This document shows positions 13,758 through 29,666 of a stretch of 64,000 nucleotides of DNA, piece after piece. The first letter of the stretch is position 1; every line of letters starts with the position of its first letter. The DNA lies in contig OX597825.1 in the NCBI GenBank assembly GCA_951406725.2, positions 1,860,001 through 1,924,000 on the forward strand. Reading direction: 5' to 3'. The DNA is from Octopus vulgaris. Lineage: Eukaryota. The notes beneath the pieces were generated by a model. That model was not told the DNA's origin, ran no database searches, and saw nothing but the letters and a program-made list of their open reading frames with translations. The position numbers and the translations under genes were made by a program.

Positions 13758-13950
13758 GGCGATGAGCTGGCAGAACCGTTAGCACGCCGGGTGAAATGCT
13801 TTCTCCCTGAGTTCAAATCCCGTCGAAGTTGACTTTGCTTTTTATTCTTTCGAGGTCGGTCAATTAAGTACCAGTGAATTACCGGGGTCGATGTAATCGA
13901 TTAGTCCCCTCTCCCATAGTTTCAGACCTTGTGCCTTTAGTAGAAAGGAT
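13758..13950 (+). mobile_element. SINE family A
   Basis: Head, core and TAGAAAGGATTATT end. Confidence 0.85.
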
Positions 13951-14689
13951 TATTATGATTATTCGTACTAGCCGAAGACTTGTCTTTTCGCTCGTAAGTT
14001 ATTTTCTATTTAAATTTTTGTTTGCAAAACGCTCGTTAAAACTACAACCATTTCGTAGGATTTAGAGGCAAATTTTCACTTTGAAAAAGCAATCTTATAA
14101 ACAAGTAACCTTGATAGTGAATTGCAAGACAAGTTAGAGTCCTCCGCCTTCCCCCCTCAACTGGGAGGGGAGGGGAGCGCTCACCAAGTTCAAAGTACAG
14201 TGTACCATACTAATCCTATGACAACAGCTGCAGCAACAACAACAACACTGCACGGGAATTTAATTCTAATAATGAAGCTGAATTACCTGCAATGAATGAG
14301 ACAATACCAAAAACACCCAACAGCAGCAACAATAAGAATACGAGCACAGCAACTTTCAACTTCACCACCAGCTCTACCACCACCCGTCCCCACTCCACCC
14401 TTCGTCCAGAGTTCGGGTATTGCTGACTTGTGGATCTTCATCAAACAGCTTTTGATGCGTGAAGGATGGATCCCTGGTGAGCATCGCTCTCCTGCCTTCC
14501 TTTGACCAGGAAGCAAGTTTTCCTCTGACTGGTGTCTATGGCGCAAGAGGTAGTTTGATGGACAAGGTTGAAAAGGACTGAAGACGGATACTTTCCTCTT
14601 CGGCCAAGCCCACATCGACTTTTACAAGTTCCACTTGAAAAGCAAGTGGTAGTGACGGACAAACACAGGAACAAAACACACACACACAC

Positions 14690-14845
14690 ACTCACAACTG
14701 CCAGTTGTCGTTCACCAAATCCACTGACAAGGTTTTGGTCAGCCCGAAGCTATAGTAGTAGGCGTTATCCAAGGTGCCAAGCAGTGGGACTGAACCAGAA
14801 CCCTGAGGACGGGGAGCAAACTTTTTACCACAAGACCACCCTTTT
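14690..14845 (-). mobile_element. SINE family B, 5' part (diverged)
   Basis: CAAGGTGCC..GCAGTGGGACTGAACC matches the copy at 35563-35590. Confidence 0.7.
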
Positions 14846-15403
14846 ACATTGTTTCCTTTGCTGATTTTTCCCAACACTGCAATATTTTCTTCGACCAAAA
14901 GCATTTCCAATCCGACATACTGTGTATTTTTTAAATCTTTTCTCTTCCGTGTCACACAATGTAAAATGTATTCACCAGATTCCTTACTTCTTACTTCCTG
15001 CCATCAAATGTGCAGGTAGATAATATAGAGGCGGGGACCAGCGGTGGATTGTTTGGAGTCGTCGTATCAATATAACACAAAGTACAGTGCAAATTGGAAG
15101 ATGGATTAAGCGATCGAACAGAAGTAAAGTTAAATGAGTTGATAGGATGAACAGACAGGTTTTGGAAAGTTTATGGAAGCAGAGCAACTGTCGGTTGGGA
15201 AAAATAAAGCCGTGTAAGGAAAATTACGTTAGCGGAATGGAATAGTAATAAAAGTGAGGAGAGTACGTGGAAGAAGGAGATGGAGGAGAAGACGATGAAG
15301 ATGGAACGGACGAGCGAGGTGGGGAGGAGAGGAAGGAGGTTAAGGAGATAAAATATAAGAGAGATGGAGGAGGAGGAGGAATAACAGTTTGAAATGGAAG
15401 ATT

Positions 15404-15444
<41 letters not shown>

Positions 15445-15598
15445 GGGAACACACACAAATGCATAGACACAGGAGGAGATTTATAAAGATTTGAAGAATC
15501 AAAATGAAAAGAGGAAGAGGTAATAATAGATTTAGTTATAAAAATTAGATAGATAGATAGATAGATACAGAAAAAGAGAAAGAGAGGGGAAGAGAGAA

Positions 15599-15700
<102 letters not shown>

Positions 15701-15882
15701 TAGTAGAGTCGAAAATTGTTGTTTACATTAATTTCTTTTTATTGAAAATTAAAAAAGAGTGTGATGGGTGGGTGGGTGGGTGGTGTAGAGGTGGGGAATA
15801 AAGAGTTTGGAAATGGTAAGGAAAGGAGAGAATAAGTTCAGTTTACTGATCTTGCAGACTACTGGCGCAGTCAGGGTAAAAA

Positions 15883-15932
<50 letters not shown>

Positions 15933-15934
15933 AA

Positions 15935-15991
<57 letters not shown>

Positions 15992-16099
15992 GATAATCAT
16001 TTGAGAAACACAAAAAAAAGAAATATATCTTTCAGAATAAAAATTTAATCGAAACTAGACGAGGGAAAATGTAGTATAAAGCGAGAATTACTGGAGGCG

Positions 16100-16140
<41 letters not shown>

Positions 16141-16185
16141 TCTATGCGCTTTCATACACATGCGTGCGCATGCACATACGTACGC

Positions 16186-16228
<43 letters not shown>

Positions 16229-16253
16229 CATATACATAATATACACACATATG

Positions 16254-16305
<52 letters not shown>

Positions 16306-17020
16306 TAATATACACATATATCGATACATAGATATATATATATACATACACACACTTAACTTGCATCTAGAACAAGAGTTGGCGAATGAAACAAATGAGA
16401 CTGAACGAGACGTAAGTCAAGATAAAAGAAACCAACAAAAACAACCCACAAAAGAAAATAAAAATAAAACAAAGTTGATGATCGAATAAATTTGCTTTTT
16501 TTTTTTCTTTTTGGTTAACCTGCAAAAATGATTGTCGACCAAGGTGGGTGATATGTTAGCTGGTGCGGCTAGTATTATTAAACTAGTGCCTATTGCGTGT
16601 TCGTTAATCGTACTAAATCAATCACAAGCAAGCTTAGGACTGTCTGTACTAATTACATTAAGCGGATTATCACCGTTTGCTTGCTTTTTTTTTTTTAACT
16701 CTTACACTGAATATCAGGCGAACATACGGGGGGGGGGGCGACCCAGCAATTTGCAAAACACAAGAAAAAACGACCAAACAAACGCACATCATTCACACAC
16801 ACACACACACACACACACATACTTACCTAAATACACCCTAATATATACATACAAACTTACATACATCCGTTCACACACACACACACACAGTGGCACGTGC
16901 CTGTTTGCACAAACTCATATCTGCAGTGATAATCTAAACGCGAACTCCAAGGATTATGTTAAGCCATCAATACTCTGACAATCACACACACGGTAACACG
17001 CAGGCACAGCCGAGTATATA

Positions 17021-17252
17021 CAGGGTTGGCCAAAAGTCACCCGACAGTAAATCAAAATTCTATAAATATCTAAAATTCAATTTTATTTATTCATTCCAAT
17101 GATGAATATTCAATAATTCAATGCTGTGAGTCCAAATCACCGTTTTATTATTTTTTTCAACGTTTGTCTACTTATTAGCGATTAACTTTTTGTTTTAATC
17201 TTGGAATAAAATGGTTTTTGATTTATTGTCAGGTGACTTTTGGCCAACCCTG
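17021..17252. mobile_element. Tc1/mariner-type MITE, 37-bp TIRs, TA TSD
   Basis: TA|CAGGGTTGGCCAAAAGTCACCCGACAGTAAATCAAAA ... TTTTGATTTATTGTCAGGTGACTTTTGGCCAACCCTG|TA; 2 mismatches between TIRs. Confidence 0.9.
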
Positions 17253-17308
17253 TACACACACACGCATATACGAATATGTATGTGTATATATATCTATATG
17301 TGTGTGTG

Positions 17309-17339
<31 letters not shown>

Positions 17340-17373
17340 ATCTATATGTAACATATATTTATATACATACATA

Positions 17374-17427
<54 letters not shown>

Positions 17428-17574
17428 CTTATGTTTTTCTGTAAATTTTAACTATATATATATATATATATATATATACACCTTAACACATACATACAAA
17501 CATACATACATCCGTTCACACACACACACACACAATGGCACGTGCCTGTTTGCACAAACTGATATCTGTATATA

Positions 17575-17895
<321 letters not shown>

Positions 17896-18290
17896 ATACA
17901 TTATTGTTTCTATTTCCTCCTTCCTTACACTAAATCCAGTTCCCCAAAGTTTTATGCCTTTCTAACCAACAAAAGAAGTGAGATTATTCTAATCCCACCG
18001 GGATTAACCGAGGTTAGGAAGGGTGCAGTGGATTGGCGAAATCATTTGAGTGACGGACAAAAATGCCATGGCTGTTTATTTATTCCTTGTTTTCATGTTG
18101 TGCGTTCAAAGGGCGCCGAGGTGAGACTTGTTTCCAAAACTACCCCCCGAGCACCAGAGATTTATAAAATAAATACCAGTGACTTACTGGAGTCAATGTA
18201 TTCGCCTGACCCCCTCTCCCTCTAAAAAATAACCTGGTGGAACTGCTTAAATTAGAAATAACTGTTATTACTACTACCACCACCACTACC

Positions 18291-18363
<73 letters not shown>

Positions 18364-18580
18364 ATAATAATAATAATAATAACTATGACAATACGACATA
18401 CGTTGTATGTTTTCCGATCACACGCATGAAGAATCATTTGAAACATTTTTTACGAAGGAGTGTATCGATATCGATCCTCTTTCTTCATTGAAGGTTGCTT
18501 AAAAAGTAGACGAAATAAGCAACTTTTGTGCATGCGAGTGTGTGTGTGTGTGTGTGTGTGAGTGCACTGCATAAGTGTCA

Positions 18581-18621
<41 letters not shown>

Positions 18622-18883
18622 TGCACTGCATAAGTGTCAATATGTGTGTGTGTGTGTGTTGTAACATATCTGGGAAGGAATTTATGGTCGTACATTTAAA
18701 ACTGTTATCAAATACAAACTGTTAGATTTGAAATAACAAACATAACAAAATATGGAAAAAAACTGTTGCTTGAACAAACAAACGTAGGAACATAGACATC
18801 AGTCCCCTATGCACATAAAAGGGGGAAATGGAGAATGCAAAAATGGAGAGAGAGAGAGAGGGGGGAGAGAAAGAGAAAGAGAG

Positions 18884-18934
<51 letters not shown>

Positions 18935-19059
18935 TAGAAGAGAAAGATCCAGTTAAGCATTTAAATTTAATGCTTATACATACGTACGTGCAAACATATG
19001 CCATCCATCCGTCCATCCTTCCATCCATCCATGCATACATAAACACACACAACACACAC

Positions 19060-19154
<95 letters not shown>

Positions 19155-19344
19155 TCTATCCCTCCCTCCATTAATCTATCCCTCCATCCATTAATCTATC
19201 CATCCTACCACATACATATGCATACACATGAGTGGCAGGCACATAAAACCGCATACACATCAATCTAATATTGGAACTAACTAGTAAATAGATTCGGTAT
19301 GTGTTTATTACACATGTATTGATGTACATCTAACGGTTTACAGC

Positions 19345-19415
<71 letters not shown>

Positions 19416-20071
19416 CATGTGTGTATGTATAAATGAAAACATAGTAAGCAATATCGAATAATAAGTAATCCGTGTCGATATGTACAACTGATAGGCGGAA
19501 AGATCAGAAGAGTTATCGATATGGAGGAGAGAGTAGTTGGAAGCCTACACACAAGCGTGTTTCGAATATTCCACGAAGAATGTATGTATGAGAGGAATAT
19601 TCGACAATATGATTATAGGCGCATCCTAATACTAATATTGGCTTTTGATTCGTTACATTTAAGGCAAGAAATAAAATAAATACGAGGGGGCCATGTATGG
19701 TCTGTTCCTCTCCTTGAAATAGCAGCCAAATATCATTCGGATACTAGCTTCGTTGGTAAAAGAAGGAACGTGTTGAAAGAGGTAGTCCTACAAATACAAA
19801 ATGTATTACATATGCAAACACAAACAGGCAGGCGCACACACATACACACGCATACTAGAATAACCGTGGAAGTAGTTACGTAGCTATTCGCCTAGTTTGA
19901 AATAACAGCTAAGTGCACGGTTTTAAACATGAGAAGGACTCATTAATTAAAGTAACCCTTTGGCAGTACATACATAAATACATTTATACATACATGCATA
20001 TATACATATATAAATAAAATTCATATACGCATATACATGTATATATAATGTACATATATATATGCTTGTGC

Positions 20072-20147
<76 letters not shown>

Positions 20148-20384
20148 GTCTGTCTATCTGTCTATCTGTCTATCTATACATACATACATGCACACATACA
20201 TACATACATACATACATACATACATACATACATACATAAATAAAATTCATATACGCATATACATGTATATATCATATACATATATATGTGTAGGTATATG
20301 TGTGCATCTCTCTCTCTCTATCTATCTATACATGCATACACACACATACATACATACATACACACACATACATACACACATACA

Positions 20385-20418
<34 letters not shown>

Positions 20419-20448
20419 CATACATATATACATACATACATACATACA

Positions 20449-20479
<31 letters not shown>

Positions 20480-22067
20480 GAGCGATCGAAGGGGATCTTC
20501 CTTGTCGATCGGCTTCGTAGAGTAGCACTATTAAACCCAGCCTTAAAAGGAGTAAAGTATTTTGGGAGATAGAATGATGTATTCCTGGATACACAATGCC
20601 TATAAAAATACAGGATGTTCAGGAATGGATTGTCTTTGATCAAGGGTCTTCTCGATCAAGTATGAAATAGGGCTAAAACGCAACAGCTATTATTAATTTG
20701 ACTAAAAGTAGCTCCCTTTTTTCTTTTATTATTTTTTCTTTATTTATTTAGTATTTATTATATTAAGTATTCTACAGACTCATCGAAGCGGAATAGAAGG
20801 AATACAAGGTGTGGCACTAAGTGGCTTTTCAAAGAAAGTCCTTTGGAATGAATTAAGAAATAAAAGGAGGAATCGTCACGTAAAAATCCATTAGAACAGG
20901 TTCTAATTGAAATAGCATAAACTAATAATAGTAATAGTAGTGGTAATAATAATAATAATAATAACAATAATAATAATAATGATAATAATAATAATTTTCT
21001 TCTAGCAATTAAACCACGCCTCGGATTTGCCGCTAAGGGCAATGGCATGCATCATCATTCATGCATACAAAATGTGGAACGTTAAGACGAGAAGTTACAA
21101 AAATGTGTGGGGTATGACAAAGTAGTCATGAAAAATTATGGAGGGTGGGCCAGGTTAGGTACAAAGGCATCTTAAAAATTTACGGTGAAATAAAGAAGAT
21201 ATAGAAATAACCAGAAAAGAGAGCTCAATGAATCAAAGAAAAATGGTATTTAATCAGTAGATTCGTATAGGAATTCCCACCCACTCCTTGTGAGAGAACT
21301 CACTGGTTAGGTCATGTGAGAGTACTTTATGCCCCCTGCCCACTTTTCAGTTCTCGTACAAGAGTCGGATGCACCTAAATGGGTACGTCAATGGTGACAG
21401 AACGAGAAACAGCATAAGTCCTCCAGGTACTCGTGCTTTAGCATATGATAGTATCATTTACATTTTACAATGGAGCACAACCATGCTAGGACATCGCTTT
21501 GAAGGGTTTACCTACTCTATCGTATCTGCGCCAGAACCAACGAAAACTTGTTGACCGATGAGGGTAGGACTAAACAGGCGACAACGACACACGCGCACAC
21601 GTACACATGGCAGGCTTCCAGGCAGTTTCCGTCACTCAAACTCACCCACAAAGCATTGGTCAACCCTACTCCCTTGTTGCTTATATTCAGGCCATATTTA
21701 TAGCAAAGTACTCAGTATATTTCAGTACCATCAGTTCGTCCATGTAATCATCATCTAATAGATATTGGTATTGTTTATTCTGCTGTAGCTCGTTCCCCTC
21801 CCCTATCAGCCGCTATTTTCTCACTGTCACCGCTGGGCACAGCCACAAGTATAGGTCCCTTTGGATCCTGGAAATGATCCAGTTCTTGACATGTACTTTA
21901 TTTTATCAACCCCGGAAGAATTTACAGCAAAGATGACCTCCTGGCATTTGAAATCAGCACTTAAAGAGATATATCTAAATACCGCTTGGCATTTTTCCCG
22001 TTGCACAACTGCTTTTCCCAAAATGATAATTATAGAAGCAATTTAATAAATGAATTCTATGAACCAT

Positions 22068-22141
<74 letters not shown>

Positions 22142-22235
22142 ACATGTGTGTGCATAAATGTACACACACACACACATATATATATGTATATATAAACTTA
22201 GAAATCGATGCGTCACGTTCAATTAAATAATAATA

Positions 22236-22279
<44 letters not shown>

Positions 22280-22285
22280 GAGTGC

Positions 22286-22322
<37 letters not shown>

Positions 22323-23077
22323 AGGAGAAAATTTCGTGCCATTGCAGTCCCACGTCAAAAGGGTTGTAAAAGTTCCAATGACAAACAGTTGAACTGTTGA
22401 GGAGGGATTCTGGTGAGCTTCGTTGTTGTCTGCCAGCTGACAGCAGTGGAGCGTCGCACCGAACCTCAACGACTGAAGGAGAGCTAGGAAACAGCAACAG
22501 TTCAATTCACCATCTTCCAGACCTTCTGAATATGCACATCATCGTGGAACTCCGAGTATGAAGTTGGTGAAACACCGAATTTAGACCAATAAATATATTA
22601 ATACATCTATTGTATACTTTTCTCGTTTTGACCACAAAAATTAAATGTATGTACGTATATATATGTACGTACGTAAGCATGCGTGTATGTATGTATGCAC
22701 GTGTGCACGCATGATGTATGTATATATAAAAACATACACTCATATATATATAATTACACGCACACACAAATAGATACACTCATATATACACAAATATACA
22801 TGCACACTCACTGATACACCGACGCCTATGCGAGTATGAATGTGTTAGATTTTAAAATCGAATGCGAGAAATGTAGAGAGTTGCACTCTTAGTAAAAGTT
22901 CATTATGGCATTTGTAACATCCGACTTTTATAAACAATTTCATATTTATTCTGCTGTTTTAGCTTTGAATTCTTTAAGTTAGCTTGGTGTTATAATTCTA
23001 GTGAACAACTGAATAATGTATATATGTGTGTGTGTGTGTGCTTGTGTGTATACACTAATATGTGCGCGCGTGCGTAG

Positions 23078-23111
<34 letters not shown>

Positions 23112-23419
23112 TATGTATAAGCGATAAATATCTAGAAGCTTCTATAATTCAGTTTTCTTTATCGTGTTCATAGGTATAATAAGTAAAGCAAATATGCCAA
23201 AGTTCTATCAGCTTTAACCTGTTCACAGAGATGTGAGAGTCTGCGCCAAAACGATGGAAGAAATTATATTTAAAATTTCTGGAAATAACAAGTAAAACTT
23301 CCCAGAAATAGTTAAATTACTTGAAATATTTGATGTTTAATAGAAATAGTTAATATTCTCAGTTCAAGGTTTATAAGTTAGCCAATATAACGCGAGTCGA
23401 GAAGTTGTTTCTGCTGTTG

Positions 23420-23775
23420 CTGTTGCTGTTGAGCGAACGGTCTTGTCCGCAGTGGGAGAAGTCCGAAAAGTGGTCCTTTGCTATTCGTAAGACCCGCAGA
23501 AGAGAAAGCAGGTCAACCCCCGACACCGAGAGCATGGATGAATGCGCATCCAGGCTCAGCGGTTGCGTAGGAAGTCGGGGACAAGAAACAGGAAGAAAGA
23601 GTGAAAGTTGGAGCGAAAGAGTACAACAGGGGTCGCCACCACACCCTGCCGGAGCCTCGTGGAGCTTTAGAAGTTTTCGCTCAATAAACGCACACAACGC
23701 CCGGTCTGGGAATCGAAACCGCAATCCTCCGACCGCGAGTCCGCTGCCCTAACCACTGGGCCATTGCGCCTCCAC
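23420..23775 (-). mobile_element. tRNA-derived SINE, family D (tRNA-Arg-like head), 14-bp TSD
   Basis: Minus strand GTGGAGGCGCAATGGCCCAGTGG (A box), GGTTTCGATTCC (B box), (CAACAG)n tail; TSD TGTTTCT(G/A)CTGTTG at 23406-23419 and 23776-23789. Confidence 0.88.
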
Positions 23776-23924
23776 TGTTTCTACTGTTGGCGAGTAATTG
23801 ATAGAGATTGAAGGTCATACTGACGGCCTAAGTTGTGGGCAACACGAAATTGTTGTTGGTCAATTCTAATATGGCATACATATGAACATAGATGTTCCAG
23901 CAGTGACCATCTCTTTTTGTTTAA

Positions 23925-24116
23925 CCCATTAAGTCCCACTGTCCTATAAATAGGACACTAAATGAGAACATTAAATAAGCTATAATCACATTGTCTCAGT
24001 CTCCTAATTAAAGTAAAGGAGTTTTAATATTTTTTTTCCATTTTAACCTATTTTCAATCAACTGTAAAAATTTAAAAGTAATATTCAGAAATTTAAGTAC
24101 TCTGGGACTTAATGGG
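23925..24116. mobile_element. piggyBac-type MITE, 14-bp TIR, TTAA TSD
   Basis: TTAA|CCCATTAAGTCCCA ... TGGGACTTAATGGG|TTAA; CCC termini and a TTAA target are piggyBac hallmarks. Confidence 0.85.
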
Positions 24117-24858
24117 TTAAGGATGAGTTGGACTAAATTATCTGATATGACTTTTTCTTACTGAATGCAATAAGATATAATTTGAGAGGTTTGGCGGCGA
24201 ATTTCTGAAAACTCAGCGACCTCTTGTATGATCTCATGTTAATTTATGTAATAAGGTCAATGCTAGAATGAGACAGTCACAGCGTGTCTGGATTAAATTA
24301 CCTGTACAGTGGTTTTGAATTCAAATCTATTGCATTTTCAGGCAGACACTTTTTCTACAATATCTCATTCATGCAATTTAAGTGTTGGAACTAACGGAAC
24401 AATATGGGAAATATCAATTGTGAAAGAAGGGCAGACAATCCAGGTTAAGGTGTATATTTCAACTTGTTCACATCATGGATGAAGAAATAAGAAGAGGTCC
24501 CTAAAAGCCACACGATTCCTCTAGACTCATTTATCTTTATGTACGAAACATGTTCATGTTGAGGTCAATGAATCCAAAAATGAGAAACAATAAAGACGAC
24601 GAGATGGGAGAAGATATGACACTGACATGCGTAAGAAAACTTAACAGTTTATTGAAGCAGAGTTAGTCGGGCAGAGGTATTATTGTGATTGGTAGAATTG
24701 TTGGTGCATCGGTTAAAATGCAAAGCAGGATTTCTTTTAGGCCATTTTGCCTTTCATCATACCAGGGTCGATAAAGTAAATCCTGGGGACAATGTATTCG
24801 AGTAACTCAAAAATTTCAGGCTAGAGTATAACGGATGATAAAAACTGTTATAATTCTT

Positions 24859-25047
24859 AGTACGCCGGACAAAATGCTTGGCGGCATTTCGTTCATCTGT
24901 AGGTCCTGAGATAAAATTCTGCCGAGGTCGACTTGGCCCTTTATCCTTTCGGTGTCGATAAAATAAATACCAGTTGAGCACTGGGGTCGATCTAATCGAC
25001 TTAACCCCTCCCTCCAAATTACAGGCCTTGTGCTTTTAGTAGAAAAG

Positions 25048-25113
<66 letters not shown>

Positions 25114-25118
25114 TGTTG
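24859..25118 (+). mobile_element. SINE family A with (ATT)n(AGT)n tail
   Basis: Core CCGAGGTCGAC..GTCGATAAAATAAATACCAG..CTGGGGTCGAT. Confidence 0.85.
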
Positions 25119-25756
25119 TTGTCGTCTGTTGCCGTCGTAGCAGTTAGTAATATGGTAGTGCCTAAGTAAAATATTAAGTACAAATGTTCAGAAAGCAGAA
25201 TAAATCAGTTTGTACTAATGACCAAAAAGTTTAAGGGTCTCAGGCAGAACCCTTCATTAGTAGAGCTTTCAGTTATCATTCAAGTAAAACATATTCAGAA
25301 TAACCTATTATAATGGACTAAAAACAAAGAATTATCAATATTCAGATAATCCATAATCGGATTTGAACATATTTTTTTATTAACAGTATTAAGAAATAGT
25401 GAGTCGACAAGTATTAGAAAGATAAAGAAGAAAGGAAAATTAATTCAAGTAAACTAACACAACAGATTTAGGTGCAGGCAAAACGTGACCCAGAATGAAA
25501 AACTGAATTTCCAGTCTCTCCAGTTCTTAGCTATTTATTTATATTTAATTGATGTATATATTCAGTTTTAGATTTGTATTTTTTTTTTCATGTTGTGTTG
25601 GTGCATGGTTGAAACGGTTCAGTGTTTGCAAACACCATGCAGTCTAGCTTTACAGTACATAGGAATATATATATATACGGCGGTTTTAAGTTTCAGCTTA
25701 GTTCCGAACGTTCTGGTATTATCCATAGTTTTGTCACTCTATCTCAGCACAGCACC

Positions 25757-26170
<414 letters not shown>

Positions 26171-26749
26171 GCTATATACAATAGGTTAAAGTGTAGGAAA
26201 TTAGTGAGCTTCAAGCAATAGGTGGCTAGCACAGAAAACAAAAAGTGGACAGTTTAGAATAAAATGATTTATTCAGATCATAAGTTACGACTTCGATAAG
26301 CTGAGTGTTTCCAAACAAGTCACTGTTAGTAACTAACGCTGCTAAGGAAGCGAATAAAAAAATCCAAAGTGTAGGAGTGGAATCGGTATCTACTCCGCAT
26401 AAAATTTGGATTTTTATGCATACACAATCAGACGCGCGCACACACATAATTCTCCAACAAGAATTGTGTTGTCAGGGACTTCAAAGTTTCGGCTTTATGG
26501 GAAGCCATTACAACACTATTCTTGTAAAAGAATAATAATCACAAAAAGTATCCAGTAATCCTTCAATTTCATGCAAAATCGTTTTTATTGTAACTCGACA
26601 TAAAGGCGTTCATTAACATATACATATGTAACACACACACACACCTGTATGTATATATGCAATGTATTATATATGGATATATATATATATATATGTATGT
26701 ATATGTATATGTATGTATATGTATGTATAACGGCTTAGCATATCTTATG

Positions 26750-27150
26750 ATAGTTGACAGTTTCGAGTAACCCATTAGCATGGAAGCTTGTACGAAGCTC
26801 GCAAAATCTCCTATTGCAATCTTTGAAATGCTTTGTCAAGTCTTGGCTGAACATTCTTTTGCGCGAAAGCAACTTTTTCAGTTGTTCGCGTCACTCGGTT
26901 CAAGTCTCGGATCAAGATGACGAGAATTTTGGGTGAAATATTTTATCAGAGTGATTGTTCACTCACAAGATATGGCAAATAACTCGCAACCATTCACAAG
27001 ACAGTTGCAGAACAAGCTATCACCTCTCTGGCGTGGAATTAGTTATGTAGTCTATCATGAGGTCATCGCAGAAAATCTGAACAAGGGTCGCGTTACTGTG
27101 AAATTCAACCCTTGGTTCTTGACACTCTATTGAAAACAGCGACAGTTTGT
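26750..27150 (+). pseudogene. Decayed mariner transposase, N-terminal HTH region
   Basis: Translates with stops and frameshifts to CTKLAKSPIAIFEMLCQVLAEHSFARKQLFQ, DQDDENFG and GISYVVYHEVIAENLNKGRVTVKFNPWFLT; these resemble mariner motifs FCVKLGKSATETFEML, VQDDERSGRP and GISYGS..ILTEDLNMRRVAAKFVPRLLT. Confidence 0.75.
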
Positions 27151-27174
27151 CAGTTTGGTTTGAGCTTCACATTA

Positions 27175-27478
27175 AATCTGTGACTGGTTCTAGCTAGTTG
27201 ATAGAGCTGATGGATTGCTTAGCGACTGTCCTCATTGATGAATTCACAAGTTATTTCCACATCTTCTGTGATTTTAGAAGGAATTGTCTCTTTGGGTGTT
27301 CACCAAACAGAATAAACTCTCAACTGGGCTTAAAAATAGCGCATCACACAAACCCCTGCGATCGAGCAAAATAACATTTGTTAAAAGTCTAGAAAAGCAT
27401 TTTGAGGGTCTCTGTAAAAGATCTACCGAGCTTCATGCAAAATTTGATGCGAGCTATTTGCTCCGATTTGTCAGCCAT
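27175..27478 (-). pseudogene. Decayed mariner transposase N-terminus, opposite orientation
   Basis: ATG at 27478: MADKSEQIARIKFCMKLGRSFTETLKML*..., then ITEDVEITCEFINEDSR*AIHQL. Confidence 0.8.
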
Positions 27479-27644
27479 CGTAAAAATTATCGATCCCTTC
27501 CGACACAACGTACAAAACCTCGTTCACAAAAATTGAACACGGATAGCTTGTGGGGCAACGCAGAAGGCTGAGATAAACATGCACCACCACCACCACCACA
27601 CATACATTTGCGTATGTAATATATTTGACACGTCTATGTGTGTG

Positions 27645-27680
<36 letters not shown>

Positions 27681-28269
27681 CATACATATATACATATGTG
27701 TGTGTGCGAATGTATTTATTGCGTATGTAAGTATATGATACATGCGACGACAGCGAGAAAGCGAGAGAGAAAGCGAGAGAGAGAGAGGGAGAAGGAGAAG
27801 GAGAGAGAGAGAAAGAGAGAAAGAGAGAGAGTCTTTGTAAGCCATATAGAAATGCCCCAAATATCACATGTGCGTCTTTTCTTAGCAGTTTCCGCGAAAA
27901 GAGGTGAAGGTGTGATTCAAACAGTTCGCTGCTAATGACTCTCTCCTATTTGTTTAGAATGCATGTTTTGGCATCCAACCATCATCGTTCAATCGCTTGC
28001 ATGTTTGTTTGCGCCTATTACTCTGAGGACCAACTTGCATTCCACACCTTTTGCTACGTTTCCTTCTTTTTTTATATATTGCATAACACTGCCGCATTGA
28101 TAACAACATCATACTTCTAGCAGTGCATCCAGAAGATTGTTTTTGCCTAATAAATACAGCCGCTGTTTTCTCTCTCTGAAGTTGACATTTCTGATGAAAT
28201 ACTTCAGTGACATTGTACAGAGTAAAATTTCTAAAATGTTCCTGGCTTGAACACCAGGACTATCCCTTA

Positions 28270-28458
28270 TCTTTTACTTGCTCCAGTCATTGGACTGTTG
28301 CCATTCTAGGGCATTGCTTTGAAGGGGTATTTAGTCGAACAAATCGGCTGCAGTACATTTAAGAGTCTTGTTTTTATTCAGACGGTGTCTTTCCCCAAAC
28401 CGATAAGTTACAGAGACATAAAATAACCAACACCGCTTGTCAAGCGGTGATGGATGGG

Positions 28459-28546
<88 letters not shown>

Positions 28547-28745
28547 CATATATATACACCAACGACGGGCATCTTTCAGTTTCCGTCTACTAAATTCGTT
28601 CACAAGCTATTTGGTTGGTCGGGGGATTTAGTAGAAAACAGTTGCCTAAGTTGTTGCGCGGTAGAAATGAACCCGAAACCGCGTGATTACTAAGCTACAA
28701 ATATGGCTGTGAGGTTCTTAGCCACGCAGCCATACTTGCGCGTAG
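28270..28745 (-). mobile_element. SINE family B with internal (CA)n
   Basis: Colinear with 35201-35644. Confidence 0.8.
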
Positions 28746-29221
28746 CTAGATTTTGGCTTTCGCTGATCATTGAGCAGACGCTTTTCCAAATTCAGATCTT
28801 TCAAGTAAGACAAGGTTCTTCGTTGACCTGTCTAAGTTCTGGGTTCAGCTGGAAGGAAGTGTCTCCGTATTATACTAAGTGTCGAGTATTATAGTGTCGT
28901 GGAGTACCTGTGAATGCTGCTAGAGTACCTTTGAATGCAGGTACACATCGACATATGTTTCAGTATTTGTGTGAGCGTGTGTATATAAATCCATACAACG
29001 TACACATACACATATATATGTAAATATATTTGCATGTATATTGTATATACATATTTATATATGTGTGTGTGTGAGTACATACACACACGTACACACATAC
29101 ACGCACATACACATATATAGTCATGACTTGTAGATTCATAGTGTTGTATAGTGACCTATATATAAACCCGTTTGCACTCAATAATTTACTTGCATTGTCC
29201 GTTCTCTTTCTTCTTTCTCTG

Positions 29222-29309
<88 letters not shown>

Positions 29310-29630
29310 TATATACATACACACACGTACGTACATATATATATATATGAATAATGCTAGCATATAAATGATTGGATACATGTCCATGTACAAGGCTGTT
29401 TTTTTTTTCTCATTCATGTATACACACATGCATTTGATTAGAGGTACAACGAGGACTTGTAAAACATTTTAAATTTTCTTCGTTTGAGTTTTCCGAAATG
29501 AATACAAGCCAACTTGTATCATTTGCCGTAAATATGTACATATTAAACCTACAAGAAACGTAATTACACTCTTGTACACAAAAGAAACCATTACACATCC
29601 ATTACTGGAGTGAGTTTATATTCACCCAGC

Positions 29631-29666
<36 letters not shown>

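Noticed and set aside
22330-22590. GC-richer block with CTGAAGGA...GGAAAC (possible exon or hammerhead)
   Set aside because: No convincing stem II or III and no clear splice sites; left unassigned.
23371-23752. 115-117 aa ORFs and a tRNA-Arg-like sequence
   Set aside because: They coincide with a SINE that has a TSD and tail; neither a CDS nor a true tRNA gene.
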